A DNA stretch of 64,000 nucleotides from assembly GCA_044228065.1 (NCBI GenBank), contig JBGAVP010000014.1, positions 23,308-87,307 of the forward strand, read 5' to 3'. Below, in pieces: positions 9,000 through 17,327 of the stretch; the first letter of the stretch is position 1, and every line of letters starts with the position of its first letter. The position numbers and the translations under genes are program-made. Under the pieces are notes generated by a model that worked only from the letters and a program-made list of their open reading frames with translations, was not told where the DNA came from and ran no database searches. The stretch is from Chitinophagales bacterium. Lineage in GTDB: Bacteria; Bacteroidota; Bacteroidia; Chitinophagales; LD1.

Positions 9000-11645
9000 C
9001 TACTTAGTTTTTACTAACTTTTTTAGTTCATCAATTTCTTTTTGTTGTTGTTCTATCATTTTTTGTTGTTCTTGAATTGCCTTTGTAAGCACAGGAATTA
9101 AATCAGTAGTTTTCAGCCCAAGATGTTGCTCCATATCAATTGGCACCACCATACTGTTGTTAGTCATTCCTTGTTTTTGAATTAAGGATTTTACTTCTTG
9201 GGCAATAAAACCTAGAGATGTTTCTTCATGCTCTGCATTGTTATAAATATACTCAACTGGATTTAACTGCTTCACGAAATCAAGCCCAATAGGAAGACTT
9301 TTGATAGCATGTTTCAAACGGGAATCAGAAGCATTTACCCAACCCGATGCATAGATTCGGTAGCTGTTATTTGATGAATTTCCTATCGTCACTTGATTAC
9401 TAATCGTAGATGCACTTGGAGCTGCTCCATAGCCAACAAAAATATTATTATCGCCCACATCTAGCAACAAGCCAGCTAGTGGTCCTATAGCAGTATTTTT
9501 ATCGCCTGTGGTGCTGTTGTATAGTGCCTGATAACCAAAAGCTACATTTTGAAAACCAGTAGTATTGTTGAATGCACTCTGATAGCCTGCAGCCGTATTT
9601 TCTCTACCTGTTGTATTTAGTTTCAAAGATTGTGAACCGCTCGCTGAGTTTCTGTAACCTGTGGTGTTAGCATATAAAGAGGAATCTCCATTAGCTGTGT
9701 TACGAAAACCAGTTGAATTGGAGTACAAAGAATAATAGCCATTGGCTGAGTTGTTGTAACCAGTGGTATTTAAAGATAATGTACGTCTCCCTACTGAAGT
9801 GTTATTACTTCCTGTAGTATTAGAATTCAAAGCACCCACACCAACTGCAACATTAAAATCACCTTCAGTATTATTCTTCAATGCTAAATAACCATTTGCT
9901 ACATTTTCCGTACCTTTTGTATTAGAAGTTAATGCTACAAAACCAGTTGCTGTATTAAAAACTCCAGAAGAAGAAGATTCTAAAGCCCTACTTCCAATTG
10001 CCGTATTACCAAGTGAAGTAGAACTATATAAAGCCTTATAACCAATTGCAGTATTATCAAATTGATTTGATGTGTATAGAGCCTGATACCCATTTGCCGT
10101 ATTCCTATCTCCATTTGAATTTGAATTTAATGCCCCTGAACCAGTAGCAACATTGTAGGACCCAGTTGTATTGAGCTGCAAAGCAAAAATTCCAACAGCT
10201 GTATTATCCCCTCCAAAACTATTACTGCCCAAAGCACTCGTGCCAAGTGCTGTGTTAGCACTAGCTTTATTGTTTTCTAAAGCATGGAATCCAACAGCAG
10301 TGTTGGAGCCCCCAGAAACATTAAATTGTAAAGAAGCTACTCCCACAGCAGTATTCCTACTACCAGAAGAATCTGATGCTAATGAAAGTACGCCAACTGA
10401 AGTATTCCAATTACCTTCTTTTCGTTTCTGTTGAGACAAAGCTCCTATAGCGGTATTCGATACCCCATCATTTGCATTACTCAATGCCTGAAACCCAATG
10501 GCAGTTGCATAACTGCCTGTATTGTTGTTTCCTGCTTGGTAGCCTAAAAGCGTTCTCTTTTCCAACGAATCTATGTAGCCCGCTTGCTGATTATATATTC
10601 TAATAGCCAAAGGCTTATTATCAGTAGTTCCTATAAAATTAGTAGCTATATCTGTACCCGTATTACCCGTAAGCCCCCATGCATTTTGTGAGCCAGGTGT
10701 GCCTGTTGCTCCAGTTACACCCGTTGCTCCAGTAGGTCCTGCGGTGCCAGCACCTGTAGGTCCTGCGGGCCCTGGTGCTCCATTTAAGTTTACATTCCAA
10801 GATGTAAATGTACCACTCCCTGATATGCTTGTTACATTTACCACCAGACTTCCAGTACCTGAAGTGTAACTTGTCACAGTGCCCACCATTTGATTAGCAG
10901 CTGTGTTGGCTATTAAAACGGTTTGCCCTATACTATACTGCAAGCCAGTACCTACGGTAAGTGTTTTACTCCCTAATGCTATTGTTAATGATGTGATAGA
11001 GGTAGTAGCATAACGGTCGCCATTAGCACCCGAAAGACCTGTAGCTCCGGTTGCACCTGCTACCCCAGTTGCACCAGTTATCCCAGTTGCACCAGTTGCA
11101 CCTTTTGCACCCGCAAGACCTGTAGGACCTGTAGGACCTGCAATTCCATTCAATCCCGTGGGTCCTGTAACGCCAAGCGCACCAGTAGCTCCTGTAACTC
11201 CATCACTTCCATTGGCACGTGATGCATATAATGCGAAGGGCACACTCAGTAATTGATTAGTGCTGTTTATAGAGTAGCTAGTGCCATTTGCAGGATCTAC
11301 TTCTATTTGTAAATACTTATCGCCACTACCCCAATCTATACTAGAAAAACTTCCCAACACAGGTACACCTCCACCTATAGCCACTGTTGCTAAACCAAAT
11401 TGATTAGTAGCAACAGAGCTATGTGTTTCTTGATAAAGAGTGATGCCAGCAGATGTAAGATCATGCACCGTAAATCGCAAACTCACCAACTGAGTTACCA
11501 ATGGAGCTCCTGCTGCATTTCGCACTACCGCTTGGTAGTTTAGTTTTTGCGGTACTTGCGCAAAAGTAAAATTGTAAAGTACTACTGAGAATAATATGGT
11601 AAATAATCCTTTCTTGAAAAATGGAGTAGGTAAGTTTTGTTTCAT
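9000..11645 (-). CDS. secreted collagen-like / tail-fibre-domain protein with YadA-head-like repeats and a C-terminal S74-type intramolecular chaperone domain
   Basis: Signal peptide. Two Gly-X-Thr/Pro triplet runs (about nt 11016..11210 and 10692..10781). About 20 copies of a ~15-aa G..NTA.G..AL..N repeat. C-terminal [13 protein letters not shown]...[10 protein letters not shown] followed by a coiled coil. Confidence 0.85.
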   Translation of the reverse strand: MKQNLPTPFFKKGLFTILFSVVLYNFTFAQVPQKLNYQAVVRNAAGAPLVTQLVSLRFTVHDLTSAGITLYQETHSSVATNQFGLATVAIGGGVPVLGSFSSIDWGSGDKYLQIEVDPANGTSYSINSTNQLLSVPFALYASRANGSDGVTGATGALGVTGPTGLNGIAGPTGPTGLAGAKGATGATGITGATGVAGATGATGLSGANGDRYATTSITSLTIALGSKTLTVGTGLQYSIGQTVLIANTAANQMVGTVTSYTSGTGSLVVNVTSISGSGTFTSWNVNLNGAPGPAGPTGAGTAGPTGATGVTGATGTPGSQNAWGLTGNTGTDIATNFIGTTDNKPLAIRIYNQQAGYIDSLEKRTLLGYQAGNNNTGSYATAIGFQALSNANDGVSNTAIGALSQQKRKEGNWNTSVGVLSLASDSSGSRNTAVGVASLQFNVSGGSNTAVGFHALENNKASANTALGTSALGSNSFGGDNTAVGIFALQLNTTGSYNVATGSGALNSNSNGDRNTANGYQALYTSNQFDNTAIGYKALYSSTSLGNTAIGSRALESSSSGVFNTATGFVALTSNTKGTENVANGYLALKNNTEGDFNVAVGVGALNSNTTGSNNTSVGRRTLSLNTTGYNNSANGYYSLYSNSTGFRNTANGDSSLYANTTGYRNSASGSQSLKLNTTGRENTAAGYQSAFNNTTGFQNVAFGYQALYNSTTGDKNTAIGPLAGLLLDVGDNNIFVGYGAAPSASTISNQVTIGNSSNNSYRIYASGWVNASDSRLKHAIKSLPIGLDFVKQLNPVEYIYNNAEHEETSLGFIAQEVKSLIQKQGMTNNSMVVPIDMEQHLGLKTTDLIPVLTKAIQEQQKMIEQQQKEIDELKKLVKTK

Positions 11646-11680
11646 AAGATTTAGTTTTATCTAAAAGTAAGTAAATCAAT

Positions 11681-11717
11681 TGAAAACAAAAAGGCATAAG
11701 CTAAAGCTTATGCCTTT
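11681..11717 (-). terminator. rho-independent terminator after gene 11742..12143
   Basis: Minus strand reads GGCATAAGC-TTTA-GCTTATGCC followed by TTTTTGTTTTC. Confidence 0.6.
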
Positions 11718-11741
11718 CTAGAATTTAAAACTTCATAGAAA

Positions 11742-12143
11742 TTACTTTATAAATCCATTCCCACTACTATTCACCGTTACTTTTGTCAGTCCTTCTTTTA
11801 CAATTGAGCAGGCTTGAATTGTTTTAGGGTCGTTCATTATACAGATTACATCACCCTCTACCATAAACATTTTGCTGGTGCTTACACCACCAATGTATTG
11901 TCCTTTTCCGCTAAACAAATCCGTTTTAGGACCAGCAAACACCAGAACCTTACGCTCACAACTGTTCTTTAAATCGAGCGTGATCTCTTTTGCTTTTACA
12001 GGCACATCTGCTTTTACTTCTTCTGTTTTCTTTTCCGTTTCTGGGTTATTCATAGCCATAGTTCCAGAATTACTTTGAGCAGAAATAAAGTTTGAGACTA
12101 GAATAGCTGCAATAAATGTTGCTGTGCGAAGAATCGTTTTCAT
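11742..12143 (-). CDS. secreted hypothetical protein
   Basis: Signal peptide MKTILRTATFIAAILVSNFISAQ. 133 aa. No motif recognised. Confidence 0.55.
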   Translation of the reverse strand: MKTILRTATFIAAILVSNFISAQSNSGTMAMNNPETEKKTEEVKADVPVKAKEITLDLKNSCERKVLVFAGPKTDLFSGKGQYIGGVSTSKMFMVEGDVICIMNDPKTIQACSIVKEGLTKVTVNSSGNGFIK

Positions 12144-12228
12144 AGTTTACAATTTAAGTTTGAGTAACAAAGATAAATTGTTGAAAACTTGTGGATAAGT
12201 GGATATAAACAGCTAAAATGTTAGACTG

Positions 12229-12642
12229 TCACTTAAAATAGACAAGCGTACTTCCCATACCATACTTTGAGTGATAACTATTCTCGAAAGATTTAACATT
12301 AGGATTGGCTGCTAATATTTTATGCAACTCCTGCTTTAGCTTCCCCTTTCCTATGCCATGAATAATTCGCAACTCCCACTTCCCTTGTGCAATAGCAGTA
12401 TCTAGTTCTTTCTCGAATAACTCCAATTGATACTCCAAAGCGTATTTCTCATCCTTCTTGCCTTCTTTAAACCCGCTTTCATTCAAATGCAAATCTATCT
12501 CTTGATAGGTTCCCCCGTACTTCATACCCCCAGAAGGATTAGCGGCTCCCATCATGTAGGAACGTAACAAATTAGGATCTATTTTCTTTCTCATTTTATA
12601 CCGATGCTTCTTCTTGAAATCTTTTTCTAAACTCAATGGCAT
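12229..12642 (-). CDS. Smr (MutS2 C-terminal type) domain protein
   Basis: C-terminal Smr signature ELRIIHGIGKGKLKQELHKIL. An alternative ATG at 12594 would remove the 47-nt overlap with the upstream gene. Confidence 0.8.
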   Translation of the reverse strand: MPLSLEKDFKKKHRYKMRKKIDPNLLRSYMMGAANPSGGMKYGGTYQEIDLHLNESGFKEGKKDEKYALEYQLELFEKELDTAIAQGKWELRIIHGIGKGKLKQELHKILAANPNVKSFENSYHSKYGMGSTLVYFK

Positions 12643-12970
12643 TGGCTATTGTAGGAAAAGATTCTCTAGTTCCCCCTGTACCAATGATAGTAATGGTGCC
12701 GTATCCAAAAATTCTACCTAATATACTTTGGTCTACATTCACAGTTTCTATTTTATTCAAATTCATTTCTAAGGTTCTGCGAGAAACAATTCCTGTTTTT
12801 ACAATAATACGCTTGTTGGTGATTACAAATTCATCGCTCCACTGTGCCAAAGCAGGGATAATAAAAAGCGAAAGAAATCCCCTCAGGGTAAAGAACGTAA
12901 TCCAATGATATTTTGTTTCGTAGCATACATGCTCGTCCCGTATCAAATTATTATCTGCATAACTGCCCAT
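12596..12970 (-). CDS. bacterial PH domain (bPH_2 / YdbS-YdbT-like) membrane protein
   Basis: Two N-terminal hydrophobic helices, then FVITNKRIIVKTGIVSRRTLEMNLNKIETVNVDQSILGRIFGYGTITI, typical of membrane-flanked PH domains. Confidence 0.8.
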   Translation of the reverse strand: MGSYADNNLIRDEHVCYETKYHWITFFTLRGFLSLFIIPALAQWSDEFVITNKRIIVKTGIVSRRTLEMNLNKIETVNVDQSILGRIFGYGTITIIGTGGTRESFPTIANAIEFRKRFQEEASV

Positions 12971-12985
12971 GTGTAAAGTTTCGAT

Positions 12986-13020
12986 AAAAATAAAAAAGTC
13001 AGGCGAGATTGCCTGACTTT
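12986..13020 (-). terminator. rho-independent terminator 3 nt after the tRNA-like RNA
   Basis: Minus strand reads AGTCAGGC-AATCTC-GCCTGACT followed by TTTTTTATTTTT. Confidence 0.65.
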
Positions 13021-13023
13021 TAG

Positions 13024-13142
13024 CTGTTGAGGTAGGAGTCGAACCTACACGGGGAAGTTAGTCTTTGATTGCTCGCTGCTTTATCCTTTTATCCCCACCC
13101 CCGAGACTGGAGGGTATGTCTGCCGAATTTCATCACCCAACA
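13024..13142 (-). ncRNA. 119-nt tRNA-like RNA (class II-like cloverleaf, aberrant anticodon loop, 46-nt insert at the variable-arm position)
   Basis: Acceptor UGUUGGG/CUCAACA. D arm AUG-AAAUUCGGCAGA-CAU. Stem CCCUC/GGGGG with loop CAGUCUC. GGGGA-36 nt-UCCCC. Perfect T arm GUAGG-UUCGACU-CCUAC. No encoded CCA. Flanked by a -7 box and a terminator. Confidence 0.55.
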
Positions 13143-13151
13143 ATGTTACCA

Positions 13152-13159
13152 CAAAAGTA
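13152..13159 (-). promoter_or_regulatory. candidate Bacteroidota -7 promoter element TACTTTTG (TAnnTTTG) 9 nt upstream of the tRNA-like RNA
   Basis: Exact match to the TAnnTTTG consensus on the minus strand, within an AT-rich spacer. Confidence 0.35.
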
Positions 13160-13267
13160 AAAATAGCTTTGATATTTTACCAATAAAACAAACATTTCAA
13201 ACAATAATTACATTCTATTCAAAAATATTTTGTTTTTTTGAATTAAATATAAAATGAACCCCAAAAT

Positions 13268-13744
13268 ATGGCACTGAATTATGAAATTGATAATCTTGAT
13301 TTACAGCTTCTGAACATACTTATGGAAGATGCGAATATTCCTTACACCGAAATAGGTAAAAAACTCTTTGTGTCGCCAGGAACGGTTCATGTGCGCATGA
13401 AAAAAATGGAGCAATTAGGAATAGTAAAAGCTCCTCAACTGCAAGTTAATTTCAAAGAATTAGGATTAGATATTACTGCATTTATAGGCGTGTATCTCAA
13501 CAAGAGCAACCAATACGACACTGTAGTAAAAGAATTAAAAAAAATAGCTGAAGTAGTTTCTTGCCACTACACTACAGGTAACTACAGTTTGTTTTTAAAA
13601 ATAATTTGCAAAGATACTGACCACTTACGAGTAACCCTTCACGATAAAATTCAAAAAATAGAAGGTATTAATCGCACAGAAACATTGATATGCTTGGAAG
13701 AGAGTTTTACCAGAGCCTTAAAAATTGCGGTAGAGAAAAAATAA
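13268..13744 (+). CDS. Lrp/AsnC family transcriptional regulator
   Basis: N-terminal HTH LDLQLLNILMEDANIPYTEIGKKLFVSPGTVHVRMKKMEQLGIV, plus a C-terminal AsnC-type ligand domain. 158 aa. Confidence 0.9.
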   Translation: MALNYEIDNLDLQLLNILMEDANIPYTEIGKKLFVSPGTVHVRMKKMEQLGIVKAPQLQVNFKELGLDITAFIGVYLNKSNQYDTVVKELKKIAEVVSCHYTTGNYSLFLKIICKDTDHLRVTLHDKIQKIEGINRTETLICLEESFTRALKIAVEKK

Positions 13745-13807
13745 TACATTGTCATTTTATTGTCATGTTTAAAAATTTCAGGCTTCCCCTTCTATTTAAT
13801 GTATTAA

Positions 13808-14545
13808 ATGAACTATCTTAGGATGGAATTTATGAAACTAAAACTACTTCTCTATCTTTTTTCTTGCATGATACTTATGCCATCATGTAAAAAAAGTAAC
13901 GTCATAACCGAAGCGCCAATTTTATTAAAGTCAATTTCTAAATTAGGTGATACTTGCACCACTTTTTGCACCTATGATAATCAAAACAGATTGCTTACGG
14001 CTATACAATGTAATATTATAGAATCCTATCAATATCTAAGTGACTCTATCATTTACAGAAGGACTATTGATGGGAGTTTAGATTATCAATACACTTATTT
14101 ATTAAACTCCAACGGAATAGCAACATCTTATATTCGATATGACAATACCAGCTCTACCTCACTATTCTCATACCAATATGATGCAAATAATTTTAGAACC
14201 TCATGGAAAGACATAGGTAATAATGTGAACCATAAAGAATATGAAATTCAAAACAACAATACAGTAACTGAGACTTCTGCATCCGTATCCTCATCGGGAA
14301 ATTATGTTATCTCTTTATTGTATTTTTTAGATCAAAAAAACACTTTAGGAAATAAAAATTTAGGAAGAATATTTTTAGGCTCATCTTCAGAAAATCTAAA
14401 AAAAGCCGAAAATTGGAGTACAGCTAGTGGAGATTTTACCCAACAATTCAGCTACGATAAAGATGATAAAAACAGGGTAATAAAAAGGGTAACTCGATTG
14501 AATGGAGTAGATACCACTGAAGTTCGCTTCTATACGTATTTCTAA
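13808..14545 (+). CDS. lipoprotein, unknown function
   Basis: Signal peptide MKLKLLLYLFSCMILMPSC, so the probable true start is the ATG at 13832. No motif recognised. Confidence 0.6.
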   Translation: MNYLRMEFMKLKLLLYLFSCMILMPSCKKSNVITEAPILLKSISKLGDTCTTFCTYDNQNRLLTAIQCNIIESYQYLSDSIIYRRTIDGSLDYQYTYLLNSNGIATSYIRYDNTSSTSLFSYQYDANNFRTSWKDIGNNVNHKEYEIQNNNTVTETSASVSSSGNYVISLLYFLDQKNTLGNKNLGRIFLGSSSENLKKAENWSTASGDFTQQFSYDKDDKNRVIKRVTRLNGVDTTEVRFYTYF

Positions 14546-15105
14546 ATCTTACCTTGATCTATCAAGCATTTTACTTTTAAAATGGTTGCCACTGAAAGAG
14601 CATCTCTTATTTCCCCACTCATAGCCATTTCATATACTTCAGTAAACGGTAGTTTCTTTATAGTAATTTGCTCATCCTCTTCCGGCAGCTCACCTATATA
14701 GCTCAAACCCTTTGCCACAAAGCTATAGGAGATTTCATCGGTAGTAGAGTTCGAAAGCTGCATTTCTAAAATCATATCATAATGCGTAGCTTCCAATCCT
14801 ACTTCTTCATGTAGTTCCCTTTTTGCAGTTTCCAATGGCAGCGTGCCTTCTGGGCAACCACCTTCCGGCACCTCCCACTCATAAGAATTTAAAGCATAGC
14901 GATATTGCCCTACTATCCAGGTATTATATTCTGTATCGAGTGGAACAATGGCTACAGCTATATTCTTCAAATGTACTACACCATAAACCCCTTCATTACC
15001 TGCAGGATTTAGAACTTTGTTTTCTATAATTCGTATCCATTTATTATCATACTTTTCTTCACTAGAAAGAGTCTGCCAAGGATTAATTGCTTCATTTCTT
15101 TTCAT
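14542..15105 (-). CDS. NUDIX hydrolase (ADP-ribose pyrophosphatase-like)
   Basis: Nudix box GGCPEG...ETAKRELHEEVGLEA. Confidence 0.85.
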   Translation of the reverse strand: MKRNEAINPWQTLSSEEKYDNKWIRIIENKVLNPAGNEGVYGVVHLKNIAVAIVPLDTEYNTWIVGQYRYALNSYEWEVPEGGCPEGTLPLETAKRELHEEVGLEATHYDMILEMQLSNSTTDEISYSFVAKGLSYIGELPEEDEQITIKKLPFTEVYEMAMSGEIRDALSVATILKVKCLIDQGKI

Positions 15106-16609
15106 TACTATTATTTTGCTTTATCCAGTAAATATTAAGTTTCCAGTAAGCTATTGGAAATGATTTTACGGAATCACTTTCGTTTACTAAATCAATTTTC
15201 AGTTCTCTAAATACACCATCAGACTCCACTTGATTTTCTTCCGATACAACTACAGTAGGCTTGTACGTTTTATAAATCGTTTTCCAATCATTTACTGCAT
15301 AGCTCACTGTTTGTACTTGGTTGGGCAAACCCATACAAAGTGCAGGAGACCAATTTCCCAATACTTTATCATCTGGTTTTAGGTGGAGTTTTAAATAATC
15401 TTTAGCACCATTTAAAGCAAATTCTCTTTGTTGAAATATTTGATAATCCCATTTTAGATTCTTAGAAAAAACTAAACCCGTTGCCAGCAAAACTACTAAT
15501 AAGGTTACTTTGGCAATGGCGTTATCAAAACATCTTATAGCTAGTCTCAATAATTCATAAAACACAATAGTGACATTAAGTAATGCAGCAACAATTAAAG
15601 GCAACAAATATCTTATAGGAATATAGGCTGCTAGGAACTTATGCGTTTCCAATAAAACCCAAACTGCTGATAAGAAAAAAACAACGCGATAAAATTTAGA
15701 AGTTTTTGCAAATAGAAATAAAACCACTCCTATTAAAAATGCTCCCCAAAAAACTGAGACATAACTTTTCCAGAAAGGTTGAAATGCCAGCCACTCGTTG
15801 TAATAGTATTTTGCCCTTTCCCAAGTATCGTGTGGATTAGTATATTGTCCATGACTCAACAGAGAAAAATAATACTCAAAGCCTGCTTTATTGGGGTAAT
15901 ACCAAAGTAAAAAATACAACAGTAGAAAAATACCGAGCATTGATAAAACAACAACATTCACCTTGATTTTAGAAGCCTTTTCGAAAGCAGATAGCACATA
16001 CAAAAATGCATAAGCCAATGGAAAAACCAATGTATATACAAACTGTGCTTTCAATAAAAAAGCAAGAACAAAACACAACATTCCAAAGCATAAAATTAGC
16101 ACTCTTTTGGTTTCAAAATGCTCCTGCAAAAATAAAATTCCAGATAGAATAGCTGTAATAGCAAGCATTTCAGGCAAAAGATAATGCTGATAACAAAATA
16201 CCAATGGATGGGTAAACACAATCGCTAACAGCAAAAAGTAGAAACCAATATTTCTAGGTCTTTTCAAACAGAATAGAAAGGGAAACAAAGAGAATATTAC
16301 AATCACTGTTCTACACACCCAAAGCTGCTGACTAAAAAGCAAGAAAAAAGGAAGCAATAACAAATTAAAAAAAGGACCTTTCAAAAAAGAGTCTGTAGCT
16401 AACAAGTCAAAACCATGACCGTTAATCCAATTACGCAATTGATAAGTATGCCAACCCTCATCTGTAAAAGCTCCCCTACCTATTTCAAAAAAAGAATAAG
16501 CGTCTGCATTTAAAAAAAACAGATGCACTGCGACTAAAATCAACAGCCAGAAAAACAGTAAATAGGGAGCTATTCGTTGCATGTTTATATCGCGGAGCAA
16601 ATTGGACAA
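15092..16609 (-). CDS. polytopic membrane protein, GT-C fold (GT39 / ArnT-PMT-like) glycosyltransferase candidate
   Basis: More than 10 hydrophobic segments. An acidic DE pair (FTDEGWH) in the first loop, as in GT-C enzymes. An alternative ATG at 16582 begins just downstream of the nth stop codon and removes the overlap. Confidence 0.55.
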   Translation of the reverse strand: MSNLLRDINMQRIAPYLLFFWLLILVAVHLFFLNADAYSFFEIGRGAFTDEGWHTYQLRNWINGHGFDLLATDSFLKGPFFNLLLLPFFLLFSQQLWVCRTVIVIFSLFPFLFCLKRPRNIGFYFLLLAIVFTHPLVFCYQHYLLPEMLAITAILSGILFLQEHFETKRVLILCFGMLCFVLAFLLKAQFVYTLVFPLAYAFLYVLSAFEKASKIKVNVVVLSMLGIFLLLYFLLWYYPNKAGFEYYFSLLSHGQYTNPHDTWERAKYYYNEWLAFQPFWKSYVSVFWGAFLIGVVLFLFAKTSKFYRVVFFLSAVWVLLETHKFLAAYIPIRYLLPLIVAALLNVTIVFYELLRLAIRCFDNAIAKVTLLVVLLATGLVFSKNLKWDYQIFQQREFALNGAKDYLKLHLKPDDKVLGNWSPALCMGLPNQVQTVSYAVNDWKTIYKTYKPTVVVSEENQVESDGVFRELKIDLVNESDSVKSFPIAYWKLNIYWIKQNNSNEKK

Positions 16610-17199
16610 GTTGTTTCGTTATGCCCTCTTGCAGGACAATACTCTCTCCCAAAAAAAATAATTTGTAAATGCAATTTATTCCACAGCGATTCTGGGAATA
16701 AACGCTTGGCATCTTTCTCCGTTTGCTCTACATTTTTTCCATTCGTCAATTTCCACCTGGTCATAAGTCTGTGAATGTGTGTATCTACAGGAAAAGCAGG
16801 CACACCAAAGGCTTGAGACATAACAACAGAAGCCGTTTTATGTCCTACTCCTGGTAATTCTTCTAATTCTTCAAAGGTCTGCGGTACTTGTCCATTGTGT
16901 TTTTCTAGTATTATCTCAGATAGCCTGTGAATGGCTTTAGACTTAGCAGGTGACAAACCACAAGGTTTTATTATTTCTCTAATTTCCTCTACCGAAAGTT
17001 TCACCATTTTTTGTGGCGTAGAGGCCTTTTTAAAAAGTAAGGGTGTTATTAAATTCACGCGCTTATCGGTACACTGTGCTGAAAGTAACACTGCGATTAA
17101 AAGTGTATAAGCATCTTTATGATCGAGTGGTATAGGCACTTCTGGATATAATTCTTCCAATTTATTCATCACAAAAATCACCCTATCTTTTTTGTTCAT
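16585..17199 (-). CDS. nth: endonuclease III
   Basis: HhH-GPD motif LPGVGHKTASVVM. Catalytic-region VDTHIHR. C-terminal Cys cluster CPARGHNETTCPIC, which ends early (see findings). Confidence 0.9.
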   Translation of the reverse strand: MNKKDRVIFVMNKLEELYPEVPIPLDHKDAYTLLIAVLLSAQCTDKRVNLITPLLFKKASTPQKMVKLSVEEIREIIKPCGLSPAKSKAIHRLSEIILEKHNGQVPQTFEELEELPGVGHKTASVVMSQAFGVPAFPVDTHIHRLMTRWKLTNGKNVEQTEKDAKRLFPESLWNKLHLQIIFFGREYCPARGHNETTCPICSAI

Positions 17200-17327
17200 G
17201 AGATTTAATTTCCGTACTATTTTATAAAAATGTAAAATAAGAAGAAAGAATCAACTTGTATTCGCTTACAATTTTCCATCTTTGAAAGCAGATATAAAAC
17301 GAGTATTCACTTTCAAAGATAGCATTC

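Noticed and set aside
10692-11210. Triplet-periodic DNA (GGN NNN ACN) as a microsatellite or contingency locus.
   Set aside because: The periodicity is explained by collagen-like G-X-Y coding. The codons are heterogeneous, so there is no perfect nucleotide repeat able to slip.
9000-11645. Prophage or tailocin interpretation of the tail-fibre-domain gene.
   Set aside because: No integrase, terminase, capsid, baseplate or lysis genes occur anywhere in the window. The flanks are housekeeping or hypothetical genes with normal composition.
12596-12642. Programmed frameshift or fusion between the PH-domain and Smr ORFs.
   Set aside because: There is no slippery heptamer. An in-frame ATG at 12594 gives a normal abutting gene pair.
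13024-13142. Canonical tRNA (Leu/Ser/Tyr/Sec) or tmRNA call for this locus.
   Set aside because: No 5' acceptor strand exists at a normal 75-95 nt distance from the T arm. The loop lacks U33 and purine 37. There is no UCA anticodon or 8/9-bp acceptor typical of tRNA-Sec. It is far too short for tmRNA, lacks a GGGG start and has no tag ORF with a stop. It is kept as a tRNA-like ncRNA instead.
13069-13257. 62-codon plus-strand ORF overlapping the tRNA-like RNA and the lrp upstream region.
   Set aside because: It is antisense to a structured RNA with its own promoter and terminator. The translation is not protein-like, and the ORF runs through AT-rich promoter DNA.
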